The notes under the pieces are model-generated. The model was not told where the DNA came from. It was given only the letters and a program-made list of their open reading frames with translations, and did no database searches. Source: Eledone cirrhosa (lineage: Eukaryota). Taken from it: a stretch of DNA of 64,000 bases. The DNA lies in NCBI GenBank assembly GCA_964016885.1, contig OZ024743.1, forward strand, positions 100,440,001 through 100,504,000. The letters are read 5' to 3'. How positions within the stretch are numbered: position 1 is the stretch's first letter; each line of letters starts with the position of its first letter. Shown piece after piece: positions 39,911-54,094 of the stretch. The translations under genes were made by a program, and so were the position numbers.

Positions 39911-40251
39911 CAGTGCTACTCAAAGTGGTGGTCTGCGGACCAGTGGTGGTCTGCGGACCGGTGCCGGTATGCGAGCCATCAGCTACCGGTACGCGGCCAG
40001 TGTCCAGGCCATGCTAAGGAATCATTTTTTATTATATTCATTATATATATCGTTTCCAGTATAAATTAATTGTTTCTACTTTTGGCACAAGGCCAGCAAT
40101 TAACCGTAAGGATGAAAGGCAAAGTTAACCTCGGCCTTTCATCCTTACGGGTTTCCAGTATAAATTAATATTACTACGAAATATTAGCGGTACGTGGCAC
40201 ATTGAAAAAAAAAATGCCGGTCCGCCACATCAGATAGTTTGAGAAGCACTA
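39911..40251. mobile_element. hAT (Charlie-like) MITE containing a rearranged SINE
   Basis: TIRs CAGTGCTACTCAAA / TTTGAGAAGCACTA; exact 8-bp TSD CTCTAAAC. Confidence 0.85.
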
Positions 40252-40830
40252 CTCTAAACGATACTTAAAAACATTTTAGATAACAAAATATTGTTGTTGT
40301 TTTTTTTGTGCTATCAACTAATCTAATCTCCAAGATGCTGGCAATCAACTTTTTCCCTGGTGAACAGAAGGGGTGAGGTGCTTACAATAGACTTTTTTCA
40401 GGGTTAGGGTTAGAGTTACCGTTTTCCGGGATAAAGGTCGATTGTAAGCATCTAAGAGGTCCCAAAACAAAACAAGGAAAGATAATTATTTCCCACCAAA
40501 CGTGAGAGGTGTGAAGATCTGAGAAACTCGGTCTTTTCACTCCCTTTCATTCTACTTTTTCTAGATCTAATCGTTTCCACTGGTTGGGAGATCATATTCG
40601 TTGATAACACGCGATAGAGAAAACTCCGGGGAGGCGGGGAACACTCAACCCTTCCGTTCTCCGGGAAAAAAGTTGATAGCACAAGAGGAAAAAAAAAACA
40701 AAAACGAGGAAAACATTTTTTGTCACTAAAATCAAGAGAGGTGTTCTATAAATCTACCTTCAAAATATTACGCCTCAACAATAGCCTTCAGAAAAACGAG
40801 TAAGAGAGAACCTGTGGAGGAAATACTTAC

Positions 40831-41604
40831 CGGCATGAGAGGCATTTCTGTGCGGATTTGTGAAGATATGAATTTTGTGTTAAAACGACTGTACATTTTA
40901 TGCAAAAACTGATCCTCCTTTTTTAGCTCTGAAATCCAGGCCTCTCTAGGGATACCATAACGGTCCCAGAATGCTTTAACTCGAACATCTTCAGCAAACT
41001 GGCTAGATAATAGGTGAGGGATCTCTGGTGCCAACACCGAGAGCAAGCAATTGATAATTTGTTCAGTTTTAAGAAATGTCACTTTTTTCATATTGTATGT
41101 CTTGTATTTAAGAAGTGTTCTGTCTATGTGACAATTTTCTAATAAAATACTTCTTTCGACTAACGGCTTTATACGCTCCAAATAAGCCATCGCCTTTTCT
41201 TCTAGCTGGTCGTAAACTTCGGGCATTCCGGGAGCCATGTGGGTCTTCGTCACATATTGTTGATATTTGAAAGACCTGGGATAATTCTGAACTGGTGGAC
41301 ATATCCAAGTATTTTCTGGATCTGGTGATAACATTTTGAAACGCTTTTTTAAATTCAAATTTGTATCTTTTAACAAGTTTGATTGTTCCCAGATTGACCA
41401 GCATCGCTTTTCCTTCATGTTTCCCCATGATCCTGGTGGCCACCTAGGTTTTACAGGTGGATATTGGACTTCTTCTTCAGCAACTTCTTCCGAAGCATTT
41501 AGTGGTACAACACTGCTAACATAACGATTATTTGAACGGAGAAAAGAGGAGAGTATATAGCAAGATCTACACGACCTCGAAATTCTGAACGTATGAACCG
41601 CCAT
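40831..41604 (-). CDS. MRPS30: MRPS30 exon 1 (gene join 41604-40831, 37672-37561, 36003-35836, 33341-32983; 470 aa)
   Basis: ATG in aaaATGG context; Arg/Ser-rich mitochondrial presequence; YPP, YQQYVTKTH, AFW, QIRT..PL motifs; CCG|gtaagt donor. Confidence 0.9.
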
Positions 41605-42779
41605 TTTGACATTGAAATAAAATATTTCAAGGCCCGTAACTCTCAAAGACTTTTAAACAACTGTTTTGTTTATTTCTTTTTACATATGTCAAGCACCGAC
41701 AAATAAATACCTGGAGATATTTTGTTCTGCGTGTTGAGGTAAATTTACTCCCTAATATTTCCGATATCTAAAACAGCTTAAAATATAGTCACGACCAACA
41801 TCAAAAATCATCTGGATGCTTATAAAATTATCAATGCATGTCAACAAAGTTTTAGAGCGCCTCGTACCAGCGAATACTAACTAACGATAGTATAAGACTT
41901 GAGAGAAAAGAGAGACAAAACATTGCCCTAGACATTATAGTACTAGATTTCCCAAAACATCGCTATAGATATTATAGTACTTTGACCACGCTATCCTTTA
42001 GTAAACTAATACATATGTAAACACGACTGATTGAACACGAAACCCTTGAATTGATAGGGCGCAATAATGAACTTTAAAGGATCAGTTTTAAACAAATTTA
42101 TATAGTTAAATTAAATATATCATAATTTCCTATGTTTAATAAAGAAATCACTAAGCATCTTTCCTCCTAGCAGTGGAGTGGGTTTTATGGTATTGCGATT
42201 TGTCACACGATTTGGTGTAGGTGATAGTGATCTGTGTAGGGGAAAATGCAGGCTTAGTAGAATTCTCAGTGTAGTCAGAACAAAAAATATCAAAAACTAG
42301 ATTCGTCAGTTTATCAAACTGTAAGTTGAAATTATTTTATTTGGTAGAAGGAGAAACATATTGTGGAACTAGCCGAACTACCCAGTTGCTGGATCTGAAT
42401 ATATAGCAAATAAAATGTAATGCCATTAAATGTGTAGTGGTGGCAATTGGTCAGTGAGAACATGACTACCCATAACTGAATAATATGCATCAGACAGAGT
42501 TAACAAATTTAAATATCTTGGTGTTACCATTACTCATGACCTAAGATTTTACTTACACATTACCTTAACAATAAAGGTTTATACATGCTGATAAGATCTC
42601 TCAGAAAAATCCCAACCAAAACCAAGAGTCTTTGCAAACCCATCATGGAATATTCTAGCCATGTATGAATGCCATATAAAAAGAAAAACATCAACAAATA
42701 TAAAATAAAAAAAACTTTCAGGTGGACACATCTCATACCTAGAACACACTAGTGATAGAATAGTGACTGAAGGATACAA

Positions 42780-43275
42780 CATAAGATCTTTTTCCCTGCT
42801 AAGGTAAGGGTTAATCATGCAGGCCTCATGATAAGCTTCTCTATTTTGCCCAATCATCTGTTTCTCCCTCACTAACACCCTGGATTTTATTTCCTCCCCC
42901 ATCATCTTTAGCAATGTCTTTCTTGGTCCTCCCCTTCCTTTGCTACCTTCTGCCTTCATTTCCATCACTTCTATCACTGTCACATGACCCATTTCTCTTC
43001 CCAACATTCATCACTTGCTCTATTCCCATCATTCTCTGTAATTCATTGTATGTATTCTTCTCTCTATGTGATACTCCACTCATCCATTCTCATTTCCATC
43101 CTTTCTATAGCTCCATATTCATCACCTGTGTCTTGCTCCCAAAAAATCATAGTATTTCTCACACAAGCAGTATACACTGTTTCCTTCAGTTTTGGTGACA
43201 TTCCCTCCCTCTTTACATGCCACACACTTCCCAGAACATGAAACCAAGTGGTTGTGAAGTACACCACACAGCTAC
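42780..43275 (-). mobile_element. Degenerate RTE LINE 3' fragment
   Basis: KLKETVYTACVR..M, EMRM, GHV, GRGGPRKT motifs. Confidence 0.7.
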
Positions 43276-44109
43276 GCCTATGACTATAAAACCAAAATCA
43301 AAAATTGACCTAAGTAATTGTTTCTACTTTAGGCACAAGGCCAGCAATTACCCAGTTCATTACTGGTACTTTATTTTATCGACCCCGTAAGGATGAATAA
43401 AATAAAGTACCAGTAAAAATTGACCTAAGTAATGGTCTCAGAGTTAGTCTTATTACCATTATGCATCACTGAGGAACAATCCTCATATACTCATTCAAGG
43501 ATGGAGTTGCTTTGCAACTTCTGATGGGGGTCATAGGGACACCATTAAAACAGATGACACACATCCCTCTCAATGTCTGAGTACAGCCAATTTCTTCAAT
43601 AGAGAGGGGAATAGAAAGAATCGACTCCAGTGTTCAACTGGTACTGTATTTACCAATCACAAAACTATGAAAAGGCAAGTTAATTTCAGATATTTAAACT
43701 CAGAGAACAAACAGCTGAAATTATGCAAAGATTTCTATCTGACACTATGTATGTGTGTTGATGTGTGTGTGTATGTGTCTTATGTTGAGGTGTTATCAGT
43801 GTCTGGAGGTGAGGTCTTGGTCTTACCTTTTGTTGCTGTCTTCAAGAATAACTGAGATGATGTTGAGACAGCTAGCACCTGACAAGATGAAGCAACAGTT
43901 ACATAACATTGTGTTGGTTACTAGCTGGTTTCATACCCGGTGCTGAATATTGTAGATAATGTATCTCTACATGTGTACAGTAATGTACAAACTTTAACAA
44001 ATCAAACTTTGAACAATTTTATTTTCTCCTGTAAAGTCTTAATGTGAAACTAAAATATCTAATTCTACAGTTTAGATGCATTGGTTTTGACTAATTTAAG
44101 CATGTTTAA

Positions 44110-44291
44110 CCCTTTAGCATTTATACTGGCTGTATCCATCCAGAATTCTCACTTCTTTCTGCTCAAACTGATGTTAAGGTATTGTTCTCAAAATAAATAT
44201 CAAAATCTCATAGATTCAATATTATGTGAGATAAAGCCTTTATCACAAAAATACAATTGTATATATATAGAGAAATGTAAATGTTAAAGAG
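44110..44291. mobile_element. piggyBac-type MITE
   Basis: TTAA TSDs; same family as 17976-18196. Confidence 0.75.
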
Positions 44292-47200
44292 TTAAAAAAA
44301 AAAAAATAGTTGTTGATTAATGCTTCATATTGGATTTAGAATATCTATTTTCACTGTAATATGTCTTCTGGGCTTAAATAACTGCATGGTTTTTGTTGTA
44401 AGGTTGTAACTTCAAGTCAACTACTAAATCTTTTGAATCCCATAAATTTGCAATTTCCATTTCAAAGAATGTGTGCTCTTTTCTATTTACCTAGCCATTC
44501 TTCACATCTTAAAAGTGAAGAAGACAATCAGGAACAACCATCATTCCATTTATCACTGAGTGTTTTGTCTCTTCTCAGCAACTATATATTTCTGTAGATC
44601 CAGATCAGCTCTCATGTAACAAACCAGTGTTCAATCATCCTTGAAAACACCGTCACTCTTGATATCAGTAAAACCTTTCATTGTATATGACACAAGAAAT
44701 CTTGTAATTATGTAGTTACGTAGTTCACCCACCCAGCCCTGAACAAGCAGATGTATAATCAAAAGCATTCCAGCCATGACCATCATGTCTTTTTCTAATG
44801 TGCAAGGAACCTAGGATCATATATGTGTTTTTAAAGATGATAGGTATGATTTGAGGAAAACTTGTCTATTATTTCCAGCAGGTAGACTAACCATATAAAG
44901 GCTCTTTCCTTGGCTCATTACAGCTTTGTTGCTACCCATGGAGATTATTCTGTTTCCCCACTACAGGGGATATGTTTGGTATGACCACCTCATAACTATG
45001 TTGCTGCCCATGAAGAGGATTGTGATTAAACAACTCACCTGTTAGGCTACTCTAATAAGGATACAAAACTGACCACATTCCAACTTTTAAACTCACAGAT
45101 ATCGTCTCCTCGCACTGCTTCTGCATTTCAGAGCTAGTTACTTGTGAAGCATGCTAGATGGAAGTGGTATACAAGTTCCCACACTAATTTCCAGTCCTTC
45201 CCAGAATGTTAACCCTCAGGAATTCCTTGTAAACATGTTTTTTTCCTACAATTACCAACTACATCAATTTGGCCAGTATTATAAAGGGTATTTGAAAAGC
45301 ATGGGCATAGTTTCTTTCTTCTGACAAATATATACTGACAGATGCACCTCAGTGTCAACAGTTGATCGATAAGATCCCAGACCTCATTCACTTAACGAGT
45401 GGGGTGGAGCTCATCAAATCAGACCAATGAAACAATGTTTTCATTGGTCTTTCCAATTACTAGTACTATCTATCGATCGCAAATTTAGGCAGAAGGAGCA
45501 ACGTGAAATAAAGTGTCTAGTTGAAGGACATAACACATCGCCTGGTCCGGGAATCAAAATCACAAGCTCATGATTGTGAATCCAAGTGTCTAACCAATCA
45601 GCCACTCACCTTCACCTCAGTATATGACAGGTAAATCAGACAGTCTCTTGAATTGATAATACTTCTCTAAATATCCTCCTCATTGTCATCATTTTACATC
45701 TGCTTTCCACACTTGCATGGATTAAACAAATTCGCACAGCTTGAAACCAGATCAGTTAGATCAACTCATCTTGCCCATATACTCCATATTTGACAGTTTC
45801 TCTCACTAGGTCCTCTTCCTAATACCAACCACCTTACTCAGTGCATTATTCGTGACAACAAAGTGTTTGGCAAAAAAGAAAAAAAAACCCAAAGCAAAAG
45901 AAAATTGAATATTTAATTCATGTTTAGCCCCAGGTCAGCTTGATTCAGCAGGCCCATGATGAAAAGTTTCCAAGAACATTATCCAATGTGTGTGTTTCTT
46001 TTTCAACATAGTAAAATGCAATTGATGAAAAATTTTGTTAATTTTTAATAGGTCAAGCCAATAGTCAGTCTCCATTTGCTCAGAAATATTTAGTTATATA
46101 ATATCATGGAACAAGAAATCAGGCTCCAGGCATGATGAGAATGCAACAGGGTTTTAATTCATACTTAAAGTAATGCTCCTTACTTGAAATCCCTCTGAGA
46201 AAGGCATGATCATCACAACATAGTTTCCTTTAAAATATAGAATAACTTGGAATCTGGGGGTCCAGTCATTAATGCCATCAACGTTGATTCAACTGCATGT
46301 CCTTTACAAATTGGCTTAAAGGTACCAATACTTAGAGTAGCATGCTTTACTCACTCCAGTCTTTATACAAAAAAACAGATTGTATACAAATAATGAACAC
46401 TTTTATAGATGACCATACTTCACTTCTATTTTAGATTACCTTCAGTTCTTAAACAATCATTATTATGTATTACCATACATAATAATGGCCCTAGTGTCCA
46501 ATAATGAAATTATTATGTATTTGTTACTATTAAGCACCAGGTTGAGAGATGCTGCAGTTGCTGAATTTCAGCCACTACAAGAACTGGAAAAAAAAGTAAC
46601 CAATATGAGACAAAGACACACCCACGCACACAAAGTGAGAGAAGCATCTGTAGTTTATGATCTTTCTAAGCTGACAAAAAAAAAAAAAAAAAAAATATCG
46701 TAAAAGGATTTATGGGGTGGGAGGATAATTTCACTTCAACCCCACTGATACCAAACTGCCCCAGAGTCTAATATGTAAATTTGCATATTTTAATATGTTA
46801 ATATTTATCTAAAAACCTTCCATCATAATTTTATGTAAGAACTTTTAAGTTATGTCCCAAACACTAGCTTAATTAGAAAGTTAATTATACTGCTTAATCC
46901 CGCCAAATATTTTCAAAATTATTTTTAAAGAAATCAGTGATTTTCATTATGAATATGGTAACAAAAAGACTTAAAAGTAAAACAATCTTTTCAACAAACT
47001 TAAATTATAAAGATATAAACACTAAATTATACTTTGTTTTTAGATTGAAATTCTAAGGTGTTCAGTTGATGACATAACTTTAGAAAAAGTTTTCAATCTG
47101 TAAGATTTCATTTGAATATTCAAAAATCTTATTAAATTGTTCAAAAGGGAGAAATGAAATAAATAAATAAATAAATACAACAGCTAAAATAATAAAAAAA

Positions 47201-47322
47201 AGTTTGCCTAGACTTTTCATCCATTGGCTTTATTTTATCAGAAAGGTATATATTATATTGGTAATGGCTAAGAATAAAAACGATAAAAATTCCGTTTATC
47301 TGATAATTATTTCAAATGTAAC

Positions 47323-47353
<31 letters not shown>

Positions 47354-49098
47354 AAAAAATGTTTCAATGTTTAATGTCAGGTTTTATGATGGAATATTAA
47401 CTTTTTATCATATGCTTACAAAAGCAATATTATACATTTTGCTTAATAGCAAAAAAAAAATTTCCCAAAGAGATTAATTCCTTTGAGTAAGAATTTAAAA
47501 AAAATAATAATAAATCTATTTTCAAAATATTTTTAAGGAAAAATATTTCTTTTAATTATCAGAACAAAAAATATCAAAAGAAATCAATTAATTATGAATT
47601 TTCATTTGTTAATATAAAAAAAATGATCAAAATATACTTTACACTCACCCATCCACACTTAAATTCTGACATATTTCCTTACAATATATTTCTTCATCAT
47701 ATATATATATATATATCTCGCAAATTTAGGCTGAAACTCAAATAAAAATGGAGCTTGCATAGGGGTTTTTAGTTAAAGAGGCATGTGTCTATTTCCAAAT
47801 AGGACACAGTACATTCCTATTGCTTACTTTCAGAAGACTAATAAAATTCAATTACTTTGAATTTCGTTTTATATAAATTTCTATCAATTACATAATTTTT
47901 CATAACAGGCAACAAAACTATTAACATCATTGCCGTACACACATGATGTACCTATATGCTTAAACATAGAGAGACAACAACAGACTTAAGGAACAGTATG
48001 CAACTAGATTTCACTGGTATGATTTGGAAGGGACTGTATGTTTAATGTCTGAAACTCACTGGTAAATCTACTTGGATCACAAAAACTTATCTTTTCTGAA
48101 AAATAAACGAAAACAAATTTTAAGATACTTTTTTGTTGTTCTTTAAATATTTTCTACTCAGCTTTAAAAAAAAAAAAAAAAAATGAAGGGAAAAAAATTC
48201 TGAATTGATTTTTCTTCTTTTATTTATTATTTATCGATCAATCAGCAAGACCCCAGGCCTCATTCGCTTACCGGGTGGGGTGGAACTCGTCAAATCGGAC
48301 CAAGGAAATGTTCTTAGAATATATAAAAAGCTTTTATTTTTTCATAAAAGTTTTAAACAGCATGAAAGTTATCCATAGAGTGTTTCTTTGTTTCATTTGA
48401 AATTTTTTAAGTATAATAGAAGAATTGGTATATGTTTGTAGAATTATGGTCTCTCTCTTCACACCCCTTTCTCTGTATTTCTTAGTCTTTCACTGATACA
48501 TAGTTCCTCTTGCTAATGATTAGTTTTGCATTTACTGCCTCACTATAGATTGCCAACAGAGTTAACCTTTTCAATACCAAAACCACCTGAAACCTTCCCT
48601 AGTTCTATAAGACAAAGATATTATTTTATTTATCTAAAAACCTTCCATCATAAATTTATGTAAGAACCTTTAATTTATGTTCCAAATACCAGCTTAATGA
48701 GAAAATTGATTATATTACTAGATTCCTCCAAATTCATGCTTATTATGAAAATGATTTGAAAATTGTAGGCAGTGTTTTTATAAGTAATATGGTAATGAAA
48801 TGGTTAAGATATGGATCTTATTTCATGCCTATTTTAGAAGCTATTCCTTGCCAGCAAATCTTTAAAGGGTTTAAATTGTTATTTTGTTATATTTTTTCCT
48901 TCATTTTTTGCTTTTAAAGGAATAAAGAAGACTTATTTATTTTAATTTATTTAAGTTTATTGGTATTCTATAGTAAAAGGATTCAATAGACTGAGAGATT
49001 AAACATCTGTTGCTCTTATAATTAGTTTTTAGCAGTGAAAAACTCAAATTCAATTAATAGATTTGACCTGCTAAGAACTGTCAACAAAAACATTTTAA

Positions 49099-49542
49099 CT
49101 CTTAACAACTTGTACTGCATGAACCCACATTAACAAGACATTCTTGAAAAGTATAAAACACTGCCTGCATCACATTAAAAATATAAAGTCTTTAGTTTAC
49201 TGTAAATTTTCACACCAATCAGTCCACTAGTAAAGATACTATAAACATTTTAATTAGTAAATCTGCTTTTAAACATTTTCATCATTACAGAATGTTAAGA
49301 GTTAATGTCCCACCTTAATCATCCTCTTTAACTCCTTACTCCTCAAATGATTTAGTAGAAAATATCTAAAAACATGTTAATTCAAATGTTTATAGTATCT
49401 TTACTAGTAGATAGATTGTTGTGAAAATTTGCAGTAAACAAAAGTAAAGATTAATCTTTAATATGATGCAGTCATGGTGCTGTTTTGAACAGTACAAGAA
49501 AGTCTTGCTAATGCAGTTTCGAGTGCTACAGGACGTTAAGAG
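49099..49542. mobile_element. Two TTAA-flanked MITEs in inverted orientation
   Basis: Copies 49099-49301 and 49332-49542, ends CTC(T/C)TA...TAAGAG, shared core ctagtaaagatactataaacattt in reverse complement. Confidence 0.65.
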
Positions 49543-52500
49543 TTAATCTATTTGTTACCGAGTCTTTCTACTACAAAATCCACCAATAAACTTTCATAAT
49601 AATATATATATATATATATCTTATAGTCTAACTTGATAGATAATATTTTTATATTAACAATATATAATCTCAAAAATTTAAACCCCATAAAGGATAGGAA
49701 ATAGATTCTATTCTATTATAGTCTGAAAATGAAAATCCATATCTGGATATTAACAAGTTACTGAAATATATAGTGTTGCTATATACAACACCACTGCCAC
49801 CCCAACACCATATACACAAAGAAACCTGGTATTCATTACAAAGAAGACAAAATGTCAGAGAAAGAAATAACATGAAATACACAGAGTGAGAGAGTGAAGT
49901 TGACAGATTTTATAAGCCTTAAATTCAATAATAGCACATATTTTGGTAAAACTAAGACATTGAAATAGGGAAAACATTTCCTGCCTGTAATGTAATAGCC
50001 CACAAACTTATCAAAGCATACTGTAGAATTACAGTCTTCACAATAAATTGTAGTAGTTGCTTTATCATCATCTTGATGTGCAGGCATATTTAACTTCCCC
50101 ACCAAACATGGAAACAAAGCTACTGGAATTATCTAGTGAAAAATTCAACTATCTATACAACACACACACATATGTAAGTGTGTGTGTTGTATGAATATGT
50201 GTATGTGTGTATACATATATATATAGTTTTTGCTTATTTTGTGTTGTAGAAATGTACTCAATATACCCTTGCATTGTAAGAAGTATGTAGTGTCTTATGA
50301 CACCCGTCTGTTCGCATGGTTTTTAATTGTAGTTTGTTTTAGCCATCCCAGATAAGACTATAGTGAGGTACTACCTTCTTAGATAAGGTGAACACCATTA
50401 CAATTATACAGTTCCATTCAATAGGTATTTCAGTCAACTATACACATGACAGGATTGAGAATAAAAAGAAAATAATCCACAGGTGCGCACAGATAACCAA
50501 AAGGCCTATGAAGAAATGAAGTTATGATTCAAATAATTATGTAATCTTGCAAAACTTACATATAAGCATTATACACACACACAAACATATGTATAGACAT
50601 ATCCAGTGATAGAAACCATGTCAAAATGAAAGATATAAACAAGTTGCAAACATTTGACATACCTCAGAACATGACAACCTGTCTAACCCACACAGAGCTG
50701 TGATGATTATATATGATGGCAAACAGTGAAATAAGAGGATTTCATTTCAATTTGTTTAAATAATTTCTTTGTCATTTCAGTTGTGCTATATTTCAATTCT
50801 GGCAAGAGATTTTGACGGGAACCAGTCCATGTAGGCAATACATTGGTATGCCAACCATCTCAATGACTTAATAGTATTTAAAACAATATTGAATATTGAA
50901 GGGGGAGAGTAAAATAAACAAAATCTAGTACCTATATCTATCAAAGAAAAAGAGGGAAGGATAATATATGTACACATATATGCATATATACATATGTATA
51001 TACATACATGAATGTGTATATACATATATATATATACATATGCACACACACACACACGCATATATATATTACAGACAGAAACAAACTGAATGAAAAGTAA
51101 TCTGCGGAACTCAATTTACAAAGAGAAAGTTATCTCTTGTTTTGGTATTTTCTTCAGAAATAATAACTAGATTCTTGAAAGAAAAAACAGAAAAAAAGAA
51201 GCAAGGTATCATCTTAATATTATTTTGCAGTTGTATGTATAGAGTCTATCAAGCATTAAAGATGGACAGGGGGGAAAAAAAAAAATAAAAAAAAAAATAA
51301 AAATCACCTTTGATAAAATGCACTGTAAATCTTCAAAATTATGTACATTATTATATGTATATATAATGAATATATAGATATAATGTATATATAAATATAT
51401 ATATATATGTACATATATATATATATGTAAATACGCATAATATATATACTTTTATTTACATACATACTTTTATATATACACACACCATATCTATGTACAT
51501 ATGCACACACACAAACATATTAAAAAAATTTTTTCACTTGAAGGGTATGCAATATTCATGCACAACCTAGGTGTGCTTCATATCGTTATATGCATCCAGA
51601 CTAAAATGTTTAGATTAAAAGGGTAGAAAATATGAATGCAAAACAACAAATAAAGGGGAAGAGAGATTTGAAGGGCAATTAAAATTGATGTAAACCCTCC
51701 CCTTGATGACTTTTTTTTTCTGTCTTCCAAGATTTAAGATGAAAGGTCACCGATGGCTTTTTTTTTTAAAACAGTCTAACATGCTACTTACTTACATAAT
51801 CACAAGTCCAGGAGAGATAGTAAAAAAAAAAAAAAGAGAAAGAAACCCCGCCAAAAAAATTTGGTACATTTAAAAATGGAAAAAAAATCCAGTAAAGAAT
51901 GTAAGTCTATTGCCGAACCAATAGACTTTGATTTTAGTCCAAAAGCAGAAAATAATATATAAGAGAGTTATGTGTGTTTGTGTGTGTGTGTCTTTTCTGT
52001 AAATTTTTTTTAGTTTAAGATTTAAAAAGTGTTAGAGGCGGAAGGGGAGAAAAGAAAAAGAGGAAGATTTACAAAAGTTGCAAAAGGCATGTGTGCGTGT
52101 TTGTATTTACATGCACACAAACTCACACACACACACACACACACACATATATACACACAGAAATACAGACATACACACAGTAGTATTATTATCTGGCAGT
52201 AGCCAAAAGATGATCCAAACACCTAAAAAACATCACTTTTTTTTTTTTTTCAATGACTTCTATCCAAATGCAATGATGGAATATTATAGCTATCTCTGAT
52301 TAGTTTAAATGTATCTCATAGCTCACATCCATGTTTATATCAGTTACATTTGTATAAAGATCACAGGAACCACTGCCCGGTCAATATCTTGCACATACTA
52401 TACATTCGGTAAATGAGTATTGAATGTGTATGTATGTGAGTGTCTGTGTATATCATATATATATATATACACACACACACATATATATACGCACACACAC

Positions 52501-53108
52501 ACACGTATATACATACACATATATACATACACATATATATATACACATACATATATGTATACACGTATGTATATTATATATATCATCATATATATATGTA
52601 TGTATACACGTATGTATATTATATATATCATCATATATATATGTATACACGTATGTATATTATATATATCATCATATATATACACGTGTATGTACAGTAA
52701 AGGTAAACATAGTCCTTCATATCAAAGTGGAACTCTTAAGTCTTCTGAAAAAATATTTTATACACTGCAGGTTGCCATACAATTAGTGTTAGTACCGTTA
52801 GAAAATGTACAACTAACAACCAATAATGGAATAAATTGTGGTCTTTCGTTTGGTTCTAGGATAAAAAATGTCTTCCATTTTTAACCTTTATTAATTTTTC
52901 CCCCTTCTGTTCAATTTTTAAAAATTTATTTTTCATTTTTTTCTTTTCTTTTTGTTGTTACAGTCATAGTATGTATGGTTTTGGCAGCATCATATTTTAT
53001 TTGTTGATGTTGCTATCATCATCATCATCATCATCATTATTATTATTATTATTATTATTTTTATTAAAATTTAACCAGCATCAGCCCTAAAATGAACCAA
53101 TTGCAGAA

Positions 53109-53204
53109 TTACGTCATTGAGCCAAACACAGGGTTATGGCGACATATACTAGGCCCATGTTCATCGTAATCGGCTTTGGTATGGCATACTTGGTAGAATT
53201 CCGG
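53109..53204 (-). CDS. ACTR3: Actin-related protein 3, last exon
   Basis: [31 protein letters not shown]; tctcttttctag acceptor. Confidence 0.96.
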   Translation of the reverse strand, partial: PEFYQVCHTKADYDEHGPSICRHNPVFGSMT

Positions 53205-53461
53205 CTAGAAAAGAGATACAAACTATATTGTAAACTGTATAACATTTTCGTCTATCTGTCACACACCTCGTCAGCAGCATCATGTGTGTTTTCCATGTTT
53301 AATGCGATGATTTGTAAAAGAAAAAAAAAACAGTTCTTACACAAATGTAAGCCTTAAAAATTCTGGTGGTGGGTTCTAAATAATTTTAAATACTTTTATT
53401 CATGCCAGAAATTAGCATTCTCTGCAAAATGCTGTCTATCTGTGTCTTGTATATATATAAT

Positions 53462-53782
53462 CATCATCATCATTTTACGTCCATTTTTCCCTGCTTGCAA
53501 GGGTGGGACGGGAACTGATTCTGGCTTGATTTCTACAGCTGGATGCCCTTCCTAACACCAACCTCATTTACAGTGACTGCTGGGTGCTTTTTTGCCCGTG
53601 GCACCTCCACGACCACTTTACAGTGGAATGATATGGACCCCAGTCCCTATCATCTCATTTCTACAGCTGAGTAAACTGGAGCAATGTGAAATAAAGTGTC
53701 TTGCTCAAGGAAACAACACATCACCCGGTCTGAGAATTGAACTCACAACCTTTCGATTGCAAGGCCAATGCTCTAACCACTA
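53462..53782 (-). mobile_element. SINE family B (tRNA head, V-like domain, RTE tail)
   Basis: Near-identical to 59515-59852; head tagtggttagag..gagttcaattctc; tail GGACGTAAAATGATGATG. Confidence 0.85.
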
Positions 53783-53986
53783 ATATATATATATATATAT
53801 ATACGGGATAACAAATTATCGTCATAGGTAGTCCACTTAGATGTACTCTATTTCTTACTTAGATTGATGTTGTGATTGTTTTAACTATTTACTATCTAAC
53901 TAATTTATTTGAGTATTATTATTGTTCTGATTTAATACCACTACTATATATAGAAGTCATGCCTGTGTATATCCTTCATTCTCGCA

Positions 53987-54094
53987 TGCTTTGATGAATA
54001 GACTGGTTATAACAAAGTATTGGTGATCGATTGACGCAAAATCAGGCGGGTAGCGATCTCTAGACCTACCAGTTCAGAGAAACAATTGTCAGCA
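53987..54094 (+). ncRNA. Degenerate type I hammerhead in a Penelope-like terminus (~53800-54152)
   Basis: TGCT-TTGATGA-long helix II (actggt/accagt)-GAAA-CAATT-GTC-AGCA; palindromic helix III ACAATTGT; AATAAA follows; flanked by (TA)n. Confidence 0.6.

Noticed and set aside
41605-41646. N-terminal extension of the MRPS30 ORF from a non-ATG start
   Set aside because: First ATG at 41604 has good context and begins a typical mitochondrial presequence.
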